DNA of 63,546 nt, the filler included, from Squatina squatina (taxonomy: Eukaryota): assembly GCA_031763465.1 (NCBI GenBank). It is 4 parts of 4 records of this genome, joined end to end, with 100 filler letters (N's around TTAATTAATTAA, not from the genome) between each part and the next. Parts side by side here need not be neighbours in the genome. Positions count along the whole stretch, not along the records: positions 33,838 to 50,522 come from JARFOE010000222.1; 3 more parts are not named here. The stretch is one strand, 5' to 3'. Shown here in pieces: positions 35,899-46,628 of the stretch (within the stretch, counting starts at the first letter, position 1; every line of letters begins with the position of its first letter). The translations under genes were made by a program, and so were the position numbers. A model generated the notes under the pieces. It worked only from the letters and a program-made list of their open reading frames with translations. It searched no databases and was not told the origin of the DNA.

Positions 35899-35998
35899 NN
35901 NNNNNNNNNNNNNNNNNNNNNNNNNNNNNNNNNNNNNNNNNNNNNNNNNNNNNNNNNNNNNNNNNNNNNNNNNNNNNNNNNNNNNNNNNNNNNNNNNN

Positions 35999-36215
35999 AC
36001 ATATAGGCCAGACCAGGTAAGGATGGCAAATTCCCTTCCCTAAAGGACATTAGTAAACCAGATGGGTTTTTATGACAATCCGATGGTTTCATGACACAGC
36101 TTTTTTATTCCAGATTATTTAATTAACTGAATTTAAAATGGTGGAATTTGAACTCACGTCTCTGGATTAGTCGTCCAACCCTCTGGATTATTAGTCCTGC
36201 AACTTAACCACTACA
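35999..36215 (-). mobile_element. tRNA-derived SINE 5' half
   Basis: Minus strand reads gtagtggttaag...ctaataatccagag...gagttcaaattccacca...ctaatgtcctttagggaagggaatttgcc, an A/B-box-like head and a body common in shark genomes. Confidence 0.7.
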
Positions 36216-36296
36216 CTACTGAGTCCCCATTATCAGCAGCAGAGATAGAGTTATTAACTTCAGGGTGGTTCAGCAATTTATGTCATTTAGGAACAT

Positions 36297-36612
36297 AGGC
36301 CTAAAAATTGGTTTAGGCCTGATTCTGGCTGCCAGAAGCTTGTGGCCCGAGGCTCACCTGAAATTGGGCTTTGGGCCTCATTATAATAATTGTAGCGAGT
36401 TGCTGGTGCTTCCAGAGGCTCAGACTGTTGGCCGACTCCGAGTCGGAGCTGACTGATTTTCCGCCTGCCCCAACTGACGAGCTCCACTTGCGCACACAGC
36501 TCACCAGAAGCATGTGAAACGGCTTGGACCTCACAACAGTAACCACCAGCACGCAGTAGACACACTTCACTTGCCAATCACCCATTTTGTGCCAAAGGTT
36601 AAAATCGGCCCC
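36297..36612. mobile_element. GC-rich MITE-like element
   Basis: Starts aggcctaaaaattgg and ends aaaatcggcccc. Similar termini occur at 43-56, 30297 and 58675. Confidence 0.4.
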
Positions 36613-37121
36613 TTCACCATTTACTAGAATCAATTCCAAACCTATAAAAGTATCGAATACTTTAGCCGGGTGACCCTTTATTAATGCACCCTCATTCATC
36701 ACTATCTCATGAAAGAGGAGTGATAACAGGGTTTTACCTTGCACAGTGGGCCCTTTCCATGTTGATGACTTTGGATGCCATAAGTCTGATTATATTGAGG
36801 GCAAGTGAAGCATTTCATGCAGCTTAATCAGTGATACAGCCATAAAAATATATGTTACGTTAGAGAATGTGTTAATGTTAAGAGACATTTTATAGAGAGG
36901 ACATTTTTAATATGGTTTTATCTGTTACTGAACAGATGTGTTGCAATAAAGGTTTGGCATATCAGAAAGGTTGTTTTATATTATGATTCTCACTCAATGA
37001 CGAAGCTCTATGTAATCTGTGCGACATTATCAATTGTGGTATGTAATAGATGGTCATGCAAGAGCGAGTGTTTTTCGCCAAAAATATACTTAATGTTTTA
37101 ATGCTGCTGATTTTTGTACAG

Positions 37122-37267
37122 CAAAAACCAATGTGAATGAAGTTGAGAACCAGAAAAAGTTGAACCTGTGGAACAAAATTGCCACTCTCCTCGTTGGGGC
37201 CATTGTCCTCCTGAACGTATTCATCACTGCATTTGGGGCAGGGAATAAAGACTCGATGGTGACCTAA
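37122..37267 (+). CDS. ninjurin-family protein (NINJ2-like), last coding exon with second transmembrane helix and stop
   Basis: Acceptor gatttttgtacag, phase 1. Translates (A)KTNVNEVENQKKLNLWNKIATLLVGAIVLLNVFITAFGAGNKDSMVT*, versus recalled human NINJ2 ARLNLNEVEKQWRLNQLNNAATILVFFTVVINVFITAFG. The NVFITAFG signature and intron phase both fit. AATAAA at 37802-37807. Not in the ORF track. Confidence 0.85.
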
Positions 37268-38529
37268 GGAAGACCAACTCCCCCATCGTGCAGGCAAAAT
37301 TGAGCGGCAGCATTTTAGAATCTCCAAGATGACGACTACATTCCTACAGCAGTATTCCAGACTTTGTGTCTGTTGTTTCACTCGGGCATTTGTCCAGTCG
37401 GTCTACTGAGGACTTGAGCTGTGCCAGAGGATGTAAAGCAACTCTAGTCCATAAAAAAAGTTATTGATAAGCATTTGAATATTAATTCATAGATGGATAA
37501 TTTGCTCTGAATGTTGCACACTCTTCATTTGGGCATCACCATTCTGTGATGCCTGCAGCTGTGCACTTATGCCTCTGGATGGAGCTTCATAAACCTTAGA
37601 AGCTGCAGATCCCCATTCCTGTACCAGCACTAATGTAACCTGAGGGAAATTAGCTTTGTCTAGACTTTTTTGGGCAAAGTCAAAGGAGATCAGATAGTAT
37701 ATTAAAATACTCAGTTTGCTACTCAGTTGATATTTCAAGGAATAGGGATCACAGTATACTATCTTGCATCATATGTTAACCTGAGATGAGCAGCTGTTTG
37801 TAATAAAGGTTTTGCTCCCTGCCTCACCGAGGCATTAATCTCATGTCTGGAACCATTTAGCTAAAAAAAAAGTACCATTAATTTCACTGAAATAAGAGAT
37901 TTATGTTTGCCAGCATTTGTTTTATTTTTAATTTTTTTTAAATGGTTGTCCCCAGCTGACTCACTGCTGCACTCAATCATATTACTCGTGGGTATGTAGG
38001 AGTGGCCTGTGCCCATTGTGCTTAATCAGTATTTTCTGTTTCTGCACTACATGTACTTTAGTTTGTGTTTGCCAGTAGCAAAACATTCTGTAAAATTACT
38101 GTTGAATGTAATGTATTCTTATTAACAATGTCTGAAAGAACTAAAATTGGATTTTTGGCTTAGACTTGCAAATTTGGAACTGCATTTTCAAAATACTTGT
38201 TCCAGTTTGGTTTCTTTTAACACGAATCCAAAATTTCCTCATTAAATTTTGTGTGCTCTGACTAAAATTGAAATAATTTCATCTTTTTTGTGTTTAGGTG
38301 AGAGCATCAGTCCTTTTTTCTTCCTTTCCCCTGTTGTCAAATGCCATGTTGTTTTGAGACTTAAATGGCAGGTGATCTACCATTGCACTACCAATCTTGA
38401 TCTGAAACTGGCTACATGGAAGTGTGAAAAACTGGACGGGAACAATTCACACACCGATGTTCTCTCCTGTTTCTACCTTGCATTTGGGAAATGCCGTCTC
38501 AGCCACAAGGCTGAGTTGGAACCCAATAA

Positions 38530-38701
38530 CCTAGAGGAGTATAACAAGTGTCGGGGTGAAATTAAAAAGGAAATTAGGAAAGCAAAGAAAGGGCATGAGA
38601 AAATACTGGCAAGTAAAATCAAGGAAAACCCAAAGATGTTTTATAAATAACCAAAAGGGTAACCTGTGTGTGAGGCGGAAGACGTGGGTATGGTTCTGAA
38701 T
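38530..38701 (+). mobile_element. CR1-type LINE ORF2 fragment
   Basis: LEEYNKCRGEIKKEIRKAKKGHEKILASKIKENPKMFYK, the CR1 endonuclease-RT linker. Confidence 0.85.
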
Positions 38702-39225
38702 NNNNNNNNNNNNNNNNNNNNNNNNNNNNNNNNNNNNNNNNNNNNNNNNNNNNNNNNNNNNNNNNNNNNNNNNNNNNNNNNNNNNNNNNNNNNNNNNNNN
38801 NCCTTTTAAATTAAGAGAAGAAAAATTAAATCCCTTTTCTACCAAAACATATTTGATGACACCAACGATATTCATTGACAATGTATTGCCTAGACTGGGG
38901 GTACCAACCAGTCTAGAACAAAAGTGGAAGCTTATCGATAGATAAATTGGGGAGAGTAATGCACAGAGGTGTCCATTTGTGAACTGCTCTCCCAGGACAG
39001 TAGTACAAAAGTGCTTTTATTCTCCATGCCAACAGAAACTGAAGCAGTGGTCAGATGAGGTTGTTATTTTCAGCAGGTCAAATTGTTCAAGGGATAATGG
39101 CTCAAATGGTTTCTTGCAGTAGATGGCAGAATATTTATTTCTGCATGTTGAGCTGCATTCAGAAAATGAGGATGGCAATGGCCATTATTTTTAGTCTAAT
39201 TTTCTTTATTCCCTGCACTCTGAAG

Positions 39226-39478
39226 GAAGTTTCTGAAAAGTCTGACCCGAAAGGAACCTTGTGAATTGCTGTTGGTGATTGGAACAGGAGTGAGTGCTGC
39301 TGTTGCTCCACATATACCTGCACTGTGCTCATGGCGAAGCTGTATCGAAGCAGTAATCAATGCAGCTGATGATCTCGAGGTGCTTCATCCTTCTGATATT
39401 GTGGAGTTCCGTCACAAAGTAACAGAAGATCGTGATCTTCTTGTGCTTGCTCATGATCTAATCCGGAAAATGTCACCA
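39226..39478 (+). CDS. FAM118A: FAM118A (SIR2-like domain), internal exon
   Basis: KFLKSLTRKEPCELLLVIGTGVSAAVAPHIPALCSWRSCIEAVINAADDLEVLHPSDIVEFRHKVTEDRDLLVLAHDLIRKMSP. ALCSWRSCIEAV matches recalled FAM118A rather than FAM118B. Acceptor AG at 39224-39225, donor gtaagt, 253 nt, adjacent to SMC1B as in human. Confidence 0.93.
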
Positions 39479-40821
39479 GTAAGTCACAATAGTGTTTCGA
39501 GCTGTAGAGTAAGACATTCACATGTTTCAGAGAAATGCCTGTAAACTTAGATGTACAATATCTATTTACTTATTTGGTGTTTGAGTAAACAGTTTTATTC
39601 TGAAGGTTAAGTTTTAGCTATCCTTCAAATGTTTTTTTGGGTATTCCTTCCAGAAATGGCTGGGAAAAAATATTTCTGTTGCCCACCCAAATAAGCTGAA
39701 ATAACTGACGTGTTATACTGGCAGCTGTTCTGCTGACACCTAGATTGTGAATGTTTTGTTTTTGTTGACATTTATTGCTTCCAGCTCAACTGAGTCTATT
39801 GCTTTCCAAGTTGTGAAGCATTAACCACATTAATGTTAGGAGGAAGCTGAGAGCTGATACAATGAAATCAGAGGTGAGAACGATCAATGAGAACAGTATT
39901 AACCTATGTGGCTCTTTTTTTTTCTCAACCAGCAGAACTCCTTTGACGCTGCTTATCGTGAGTCCAAAGTTACACTGTTGCAAGGGGAGTGGGTGCTGGG
40001 GTGTGGGAGTTGTGAAAGGATTTCTAAAGACTTTAATGGCAGTTGTGCTCCGGAACATCAAGGTTAATGTTTTTTGATTATTTTCTGGAAAATAAAGTTT
40101 AAACAAATACACTGCTGGTAGATAAATAAATACATGATTTAANNNNNNNNNNNNNNNNNNNNNNNNNNNNNNNNNNNNNNNNNNNNNNNNNNNNNNNNNN
40201 NNNNNNNNNNNNNNNNNNNNNNNNNNNNNNNNNNNNNNNNNNATTTAAGTTTGTAAAATAAAAGCCAAATCTTACTTTCACAACTTTTTTTTATGAAATT
40301 GGGCAGTTTGAAAAGTACTCCCCAAAAGTTTTTCTTTCCTAGTAATGTTATAGTTGTGCTAAAACAAAACTTAAATACCTTAGTTTTTCGGTACCCTGCA
40401 ACATTCAATTGGTTTGCCTTTTAAAATATATTTTTGAGGCAATTGTTTCCGAAGTAAAAGTCACTTAAGCTCATCTCTGGTTGAAAACAGGCATTGATTG
40501 TGATAACTGATAATGTTGGTACAGTATCAAGAGAACAATAAGGCGGAAGAATAGCACTGAAAATGGCCTGCAGTACTTCCAATGTAGTATTTTTGTGGAT
40601 GATTTAAATACTGACCTTTACTGAACTTTGCGACTATGTTTACACACAGTGTGAAGTAATTGTCATTACAGTTTTGTTGTAGTCCTGAACAATCTGATCA
40701 CCTAATGACATCCAGTGCATTATATTTAGGATATTTATCCTTTACATACTTAAGGGGAACCATCCTCTTGAGAGGGCCCTGTAGCAATAATTAATGTGTT
40801 TGGGATTCTTTTTCCTGATAG

Positions 40822-41107
40822 GAAGAGTTTCAGGACCTGTATCGCACCAAGTCCTTTGTATTTTTGGGCTGTGGAGAAACTCTGCGGGATCAGATCTTCC
40901 AGGCACTGTTTCTTTATTCTGTTCAGGACAAAGTGGATCTGGAACACTTCATGCTGGTGCGAAAGGATAGCCATGACCATTTCTATAAATTGCAGGCGGA
41001 GATGCTTCTGCATGGGATTAAAATAGTATCCTATGGAGACCGATTTGAGTGTATGCCTCAGTATTTCCGTGACTTGGTGGCGCACATTTGCAGGCAGAGA
41101 AGCCCAG
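40822..41107 (+). CDS. FAM118A: FAM118A internal exon
   Basis: EEFQDLYRTKSFVFLGCGETLRDQIFQALFLYSVQDKVDLEHFMLVRKDSHDHFYKLQAEMLLHGIKIVSYGDRFECMPQYFRDLVAHICRQRSP. Acceptor tttttcctgatag, donor gtaagt, 286 nt. Confidence 0.93.
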
Positions 41108-42313
41108 GTAAGTCATCTGTTACTGGTGTTGAGTTCTTAAACAATGGTAATTTTGTTCCACATTGAGTATTGCTTTAAGCTGCAAATCTTTTTTGAGACT
41201 GTGGATAGATGCTACAATTTTTATAGAACTCTTTTTTTTAAGCGTAGTCAGATTAATCTTGGGATATCGAAGACAACAAGATAGGCAGACAAAATACAAT
41301 GAAACATTCTATATTTTTTGATTCATGTCTTGGGCAATGACACAGGTACGAGAATGAGAGGTTGAGTGTACAAATTCAACAGCACTTCTTATCCCATACT
41401 TGGGCAATTGCTCCCAAAGCAGTCCTTTGTTTGCTCATTCTGCATGAGGACCAGGATTACTTCCAGTACCACGTGCTAGTGAGTATAGGAACAGGAGAAT
41501 AGACCAGATGAATGCGTGGCTGGNNNNNNNNNNNNNNNNNNNNNNNNNNNNNNNNNNNNNNNNNNNNNNNNNNNNNNNNNNNNNNNNNNNNNNNNNNNNN
41601 NNNNNNNNNNNNNNNNNNNNNNNCTGAGAATAAATTTTAAAAAGTATTATTTTCCAAATATATTCAAAGATCGGACTAACAGATATCCTGCGGCATTGCT
41701 CATGGTAAGGCTACTTTATAACGCAGGTGCAACAAGCCATATCACACCTTACTGCTACGAATGAGAACTGTGTGTAACCTGGCCGACCTCATTAAGGCTG
41801 GATCTTATTGTAAATAAGCACATTGGGGGCCAGGGGCCGTTTTGGTAATTCATGCCAATTAGGAGGTATTCTGTGGTGCTGGTGGAAATTTCTCAGAAAT
41901 CAGCAGGAGAGAATGGGCTTTATTTCCTTTTTATTAAGTGACTGTAATTTGCACGAGTGTCACCTGAAGTGTGGGGCATGTGTCACAAAACATTATATAG
42001 ACTGTAGATCTCCCATCTTGGTGGGAGAGGGGAAAGAAATTGTCCCTCATGACTTCTGTTTTTTTCCTATTTAAGTGCAGGGTATTTACTTGAGTCACTA
42101 ACTTGTGAGCCTTTTGCCCTCGATTTTTGCCATAGCCTTGGGATTAACAGTGGTTGTCCGTGTAGTGCATAGGCTTGTAGAGAGGGAAGAGAAATCTTTA
42201 CTTTCAAACTTGTAAAATTTCAGCAAAGTCATCAATGACCTAGAACTTTGTAACTTTTCCTTTGGGGTGACTGTGCAATAGTTCCTTACCTTTGATGCCT
42301 TGATTTGTTGCAG

Positions 42314-42394
42314 GAACAGCTTGTTCAGATTGCGCAAAGCGGAAACAAGAAGAAAATGGTGGCATACTTCAAAAAAGGATCCGAAAAGCAAATG
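42314..42394 (+). CDS. FAM118A: FAM118A near-terminal exon
   Basis: (G)TACSDCAKRKQEENGGILQKRIRKAN versus recalled human GNACQDCAKRKLEENGIEVSKKRTQS. Acceptor tttgttgcag, donor gtacat. Confidence 0.82.
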
Positions 42395-43416
42395 GTACAT
42401 TTAGAACAGGAATATTTTAGAACGTCATTATTTTTGCCTCCTTCCCCCCACCCCCTCCTTTTTACCATGGGCCCAGTTTCTGCAGGTCATATGTGAATTA
42501 GTCACAAAGCAAATGAGCAAAACCCTGCTCTGAGCAAGTATTGCAAGAGGCATAGAAAAACAGTGTGGGTATAATTTTACTTCTGGTTTTTAACTTATCC
42601 CCATCCCAATTCACTTTCCTTCTCTTCCCCCACCCCACCTCCGGCTGGCTAACCCATGGAGAAGGATGCTTTGGAATTAATATCTGAATTTCAACAGAAA
42701 TGGAAAAATCAGCACTGTTGAGAATCATGGAAATAAATCTCCTTAGCTTTCTTTGTGGTAGACATATGTCAATGCTACAATATNNNNNNNNNNNNNNNNN
42801 NNNNNNNNNNNNNNNNNNNNNNNNNNNNNNNNNNNNNNNNNNNNNNNNNNNNNNNNNNNNNNNNNNNNNNNNNNNNNNNNNNNTCTGAAAAGTCTGTGGC
42901 TTTGCTTTTTCAGGATTCAGTGTAAACCCTTCAGGTTTTCCAAAATTCTATAATTTAGTAAAGTGCCCATTATACTACAGGTTACGAGAATTCACTAATC
43001 TGATTTGGGCAATCACGACACTAATAGTCATCAGGAATATAAATTAAGCTTAATTCCATTTTTATGTCCTTCCTAGTTGGGGGCATTGAGGCCATTTGTC
43101 GTGGCCTCAATACCACCTTGACACCAAGGATAGAGTCTGGAGTCTTTTTGGTCTGTACTGCTTATTAGCAAACCAGCTGGAGGCTTTATCCATTGAGATC
43201 TTGATGAAGCTTTAAAAAGATGCTGTAACTAAAGGGAGTGAACAGTAAAATGGATGTAACAAATGAAAGGAAACTGAGCTACAACAACAATAAAATGGAA
43301 AAATGAGAATCATAGATGAGAAAGAAAATAAGATATCAAAGAAAAGAAAGACTCAACAAAAGTTTCAGAATGGCTGGAATGAAGGAATAAATGTTCAAAT
43401 TTAAATCTCATTACAG

Positions 43417-43439
43417 ATACTGATTTTGGAGGACCATAA
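43417..43439 (+). CDS. FAM118A: FAM118A probable terminal coding exon (coding part)
   Basis: Acceptor tctcattacag, phase 1 compatible with the previous exon. Gives (D)TDFGGP* versus recalled human DTDDAGGS*. Confidence 0.6.
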
Positions 43440-43859
43440 ATTGTCCAAGTAAAGCACCTTCACCGTAGTGCCATATCCTATTCCATGATGTTGGATGCAT
43501 CAAAAAATGACTGAAAACCTTTATTCACATCAGCACAAGTTGGCTTGGTAACTCTTTCCATAGAATAAGAACAGTACTTTGTAACTGTTGAGCAGTTGTT
43601 ACAATCATTAAATGAAAATCAGTGGCTCTCCTGCCTTCGTGGACTTAACTATTTATTGTAGTGCCTCGGGGAACGAAGTCTGGACATTGCTGCTGTTTTA
43701 CCAAGTGGGACTTGGTGGGGAAACATCCAGATGTAGTGTACATTTGTTTCAATTTTTATGTTTTTACTAAAATTACTATTTTAGATGTATAAATGTGAAT
43801 GCTATGTTCTTCACTGAAAATCATCCGTTTAATGTAATACGGAATAATTGAGGAAATAT

Positions 43860-43995
43860 TTAGCATTTCTGTACTAGATCTATGGTTATAATNNNNNNNN
43901 NNNNNNNNNNNNNNNNNNNNNNNNNNNNNNNNNNNNNNNNNNNNNNNNNNNNNNNNNNNNNNNNNNNNNNNNNNNNNNNNNNNNNNNNNNNNCCT
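43860..43995 (-). CDS. SMC1B: SMC1B probable terminal coding exon, interrupted by an N gap
   Basis: Acceptor gcaattacag before 43995. After the gap it reads IITIDLVQKC*, resembling the SMC1 terminal VLTLDL motif. Confidence 0.5.
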
Positions 43996-44131
43996 CTGTA
44001 ATTGCAACTCGGAGTGCAAGTGGATAAATCATTTAAGCTCAAAGAAATTTGGTAGTTTGAAGTCAGAACACACAAAAGAAATACATTGCAAAGTTATAAT
44101 TGGAACATAAAGTTTCTGGTTGGAACAGTAC

Positions 44132-44242
44132 CTCTGGATATACGCCAATTAGTGCCTCGGCTTTTGAATAAAACTCCTCTTTCAGTGAGATCACAATCAC
44201 TTGGAAGTTCTTCCTGGATTGATCTCTGATGTAATTTGTAAC
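44132..44242 (-). CDS. SMC1B: SMC1B penultimate exon (C-terminal ATPase head)
   Basis: [37 protein letters not shown]. Acceptor ttcttgttctcag, donor gtactg, 111 nt. Confidence 0.92.
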
Positions 44243-44839
44243 CTGAGAACAAGAACAAATGAATTTTTTTTTTACAAAAAGGCAGGATGTGATACCCAAA
44301 AATGGTCAGCCTACCCATGAGACAGAGCAACTTTGTGCACTCCCCACCCAACTGTTGGTAATGCTAATTCTCTGGAAAGGTCAAAAAGGCCAGTGGCCTA
44401 TTTCAAGAAAATCTCCAGCAAATTCTTCCGGACTCCATAAGAGAATCAAACAAGCATCAAGCAACTATGGATTTATCACTTGGCGAACATATGTAACCAA
44501 AGTCCATTAACTTAACATATCTAAATCAACTTGAAATTTCCTCCTGGTGTACCACTGCACATATTTTAGTATAATCTGCACCATAGCATATTACTCTCAT
44601 CCTCAAGATCATTGATCACGTTAAGGGTCATTCTGATTCTGGCCACTTATGAAAATATAGCACTTCTTTATGCTGATGATATTGTCATCTCACTTGAGGA
44701 TGTGCTTTACTCACCANNNNNNNNNNTTTGATCAATGGGATATGATGATGGATGCCCCAAATGTGGTCTATAGCTTTGGACAGTTTGAGAGATCTCAAAA
44801 GACACAAGCGGTGTCAGTTTTAATTGTTGCAGTACCTGG

Positions 44840-45000
44840 AAATGCTGTGAGGCTGAAACAGACTGTTCGCAGCCTTGGTGTCATATCTGACCCCGGCATG
44901 AGCTTCCGACCACTTGTCCATTCCATCACTAAGACTGGCCATTGCCACCTCCGTAGCATTGTCTGCCTCCGCCTCAGTCTCCCCTCTTGTGCTGCTGCAA
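44840..45000 (+). mobile_element. L2-clade LINE RT fragment
   Basis: LKQTVRSLGVISDPGMSFRPLVHSITKTGHCHLRSI, an L2 RT thumb-region motif. Confidence 0.8.
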
Positions 45001-45954
45001 NNNNNNNNNNNNNNNNNNNNNNNNNNNNNNNNNNNNNNNNNNNNNNNNNNNNNNNNNNNNNNNNNNNNNNNNNNNNNNNNNNNNNNNNNNNNNNNNNNNN
45101 AAAGTGGTAAATAAAGTGCAACAAGAGCAGAAAAATAGATGGGAGTGAGCGATGAACAATTTAGATTTAAAGTATAGTAAGTAGGTGTGAGAAGGATGCC
45201 TTGCTGTGGACTGGTGCTCATGCAGCTTGTTTAATTGATGAGCTTAAAATCAAAAGCAAGGTGGAAAGAAAAGAAACATGGTCCTTTTTTTTTAAATGGA
45301 TGACAAGCAAATGAAGTTTAGCCTGTCCTCATGGGGCTGTAGCTGAAGGTTCCCATTCCTGTCCTATTTGACCCTAGTTTCTTTAGCACTGTATGCACAG
45401 CAGACACAACGGGGTAGGTTCATGACTACATCTGGCCTGCATCTGACCTTCAAGGAGTAACTGGGGACTGACAATTTGAGGTCATCCTACTCCAATCTGC
45501 ATTTATTGTACTGAAAAACCCCCCATGTAGATAACTAAGGGGTCTGCAGAAAAGTGAAACAAATGGGTTATTTATGTGTGCTGTCTTTTGTCAGGAATCC
45601 TTCATGGATACCAGATCAAACATCTGTACAATATTCTACCAAGCTCTGCGTAGCTGAGCTCCACAGGACGTTGTTAATCTGCAATTATCTTGTTGCTTAT
45701 AAGGTCATAGGGACAAACCCACATGAGTTTGAAAATCTATAATGGTATAGCTACTGTACCAACACGGGCATTACATTTTCTAGCTAATTATTGGAAACCC
45801 GCTTCATATAGGAAAAAGGTTGGCATTTTAGAGAGCTGTGCATGTCGCAGAGCTGAATATATTTGTGGGCAATCATTGGCTGGATTGCACGCAATAGTCA
45901 AAGTCAATCCAAGGTTGAGTACTTCAATTATTTTTACTCGGAAATCTGTCAGGA

Positions 45955-46380
45955 CAGATTGAATAGACTGGGGCTTTTTTTTTTAAAAAAAAAAGGAAGG
46001 CTATAGGGTGATCTGATAGAGGTCTTTTAAAATGATAAAAGGGTTTAATAGGGTAAACATAGAGAAGATATTTTCACTTGTGAGCGAGATCAGAACTAGG
46101 GGCCATAAATATAAGATAGTCACTAATAAATCCAACAGGAAATTCAGGAGAAACTTCATTACCCAGAAAGTGGTTAGAATGTGGAACTCGCTACCACAGG
46201 GAGTGGTTGAGGCGAATAGCATGGATGCATTCAAGGGGAGGCTAGATAAGCACGTGAGGGGAGAAAGGAGTCGAAGGTTATGTTGATGGGGTTAGATGAA
46301 GAGGGGCGGGTGGAAGCTCATGTGCAGCATAAACACTGGCATGGCTCTGTTGGACCAAATGGCCTGTTTCTGTGCTGCAA
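45955..46380 (+). mobile_element. CR1-type LINE 3' end
   Basis: MIKGFNRVNIEKIFSLVSEIRTRGHKYKIV...FITQKVVRMWNSLPQGVVEANSMDAFKGRLD plus the gaccaaatggcctgtttctgtgctg tail. Confidence 0.9.
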
Positions 46381-46475
46381 ATACTCAGCTCAATGATTTT
46401 ACAAAGTTTTGCTAACGACAAACAGATACCAGAGCAAGTTTTAGGTTACAAATAAATTAGGAAATTATCACTCTA

Positions 46476-46628
<153 letters not shown>

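Noticed and set aside
36962-37381. 139-aa minus-strand ORF
   Set aside because: Antisense shadow of the ninjurin exon with no recognisable motif.
41670-41704. Missing small FAM118A exon ending at ATG|GTAAGG
   Set aside because: Neither candidate acceptor yields the required phase 1-1, and there is no similarity to the expected ADRVDSTTLL peptide.
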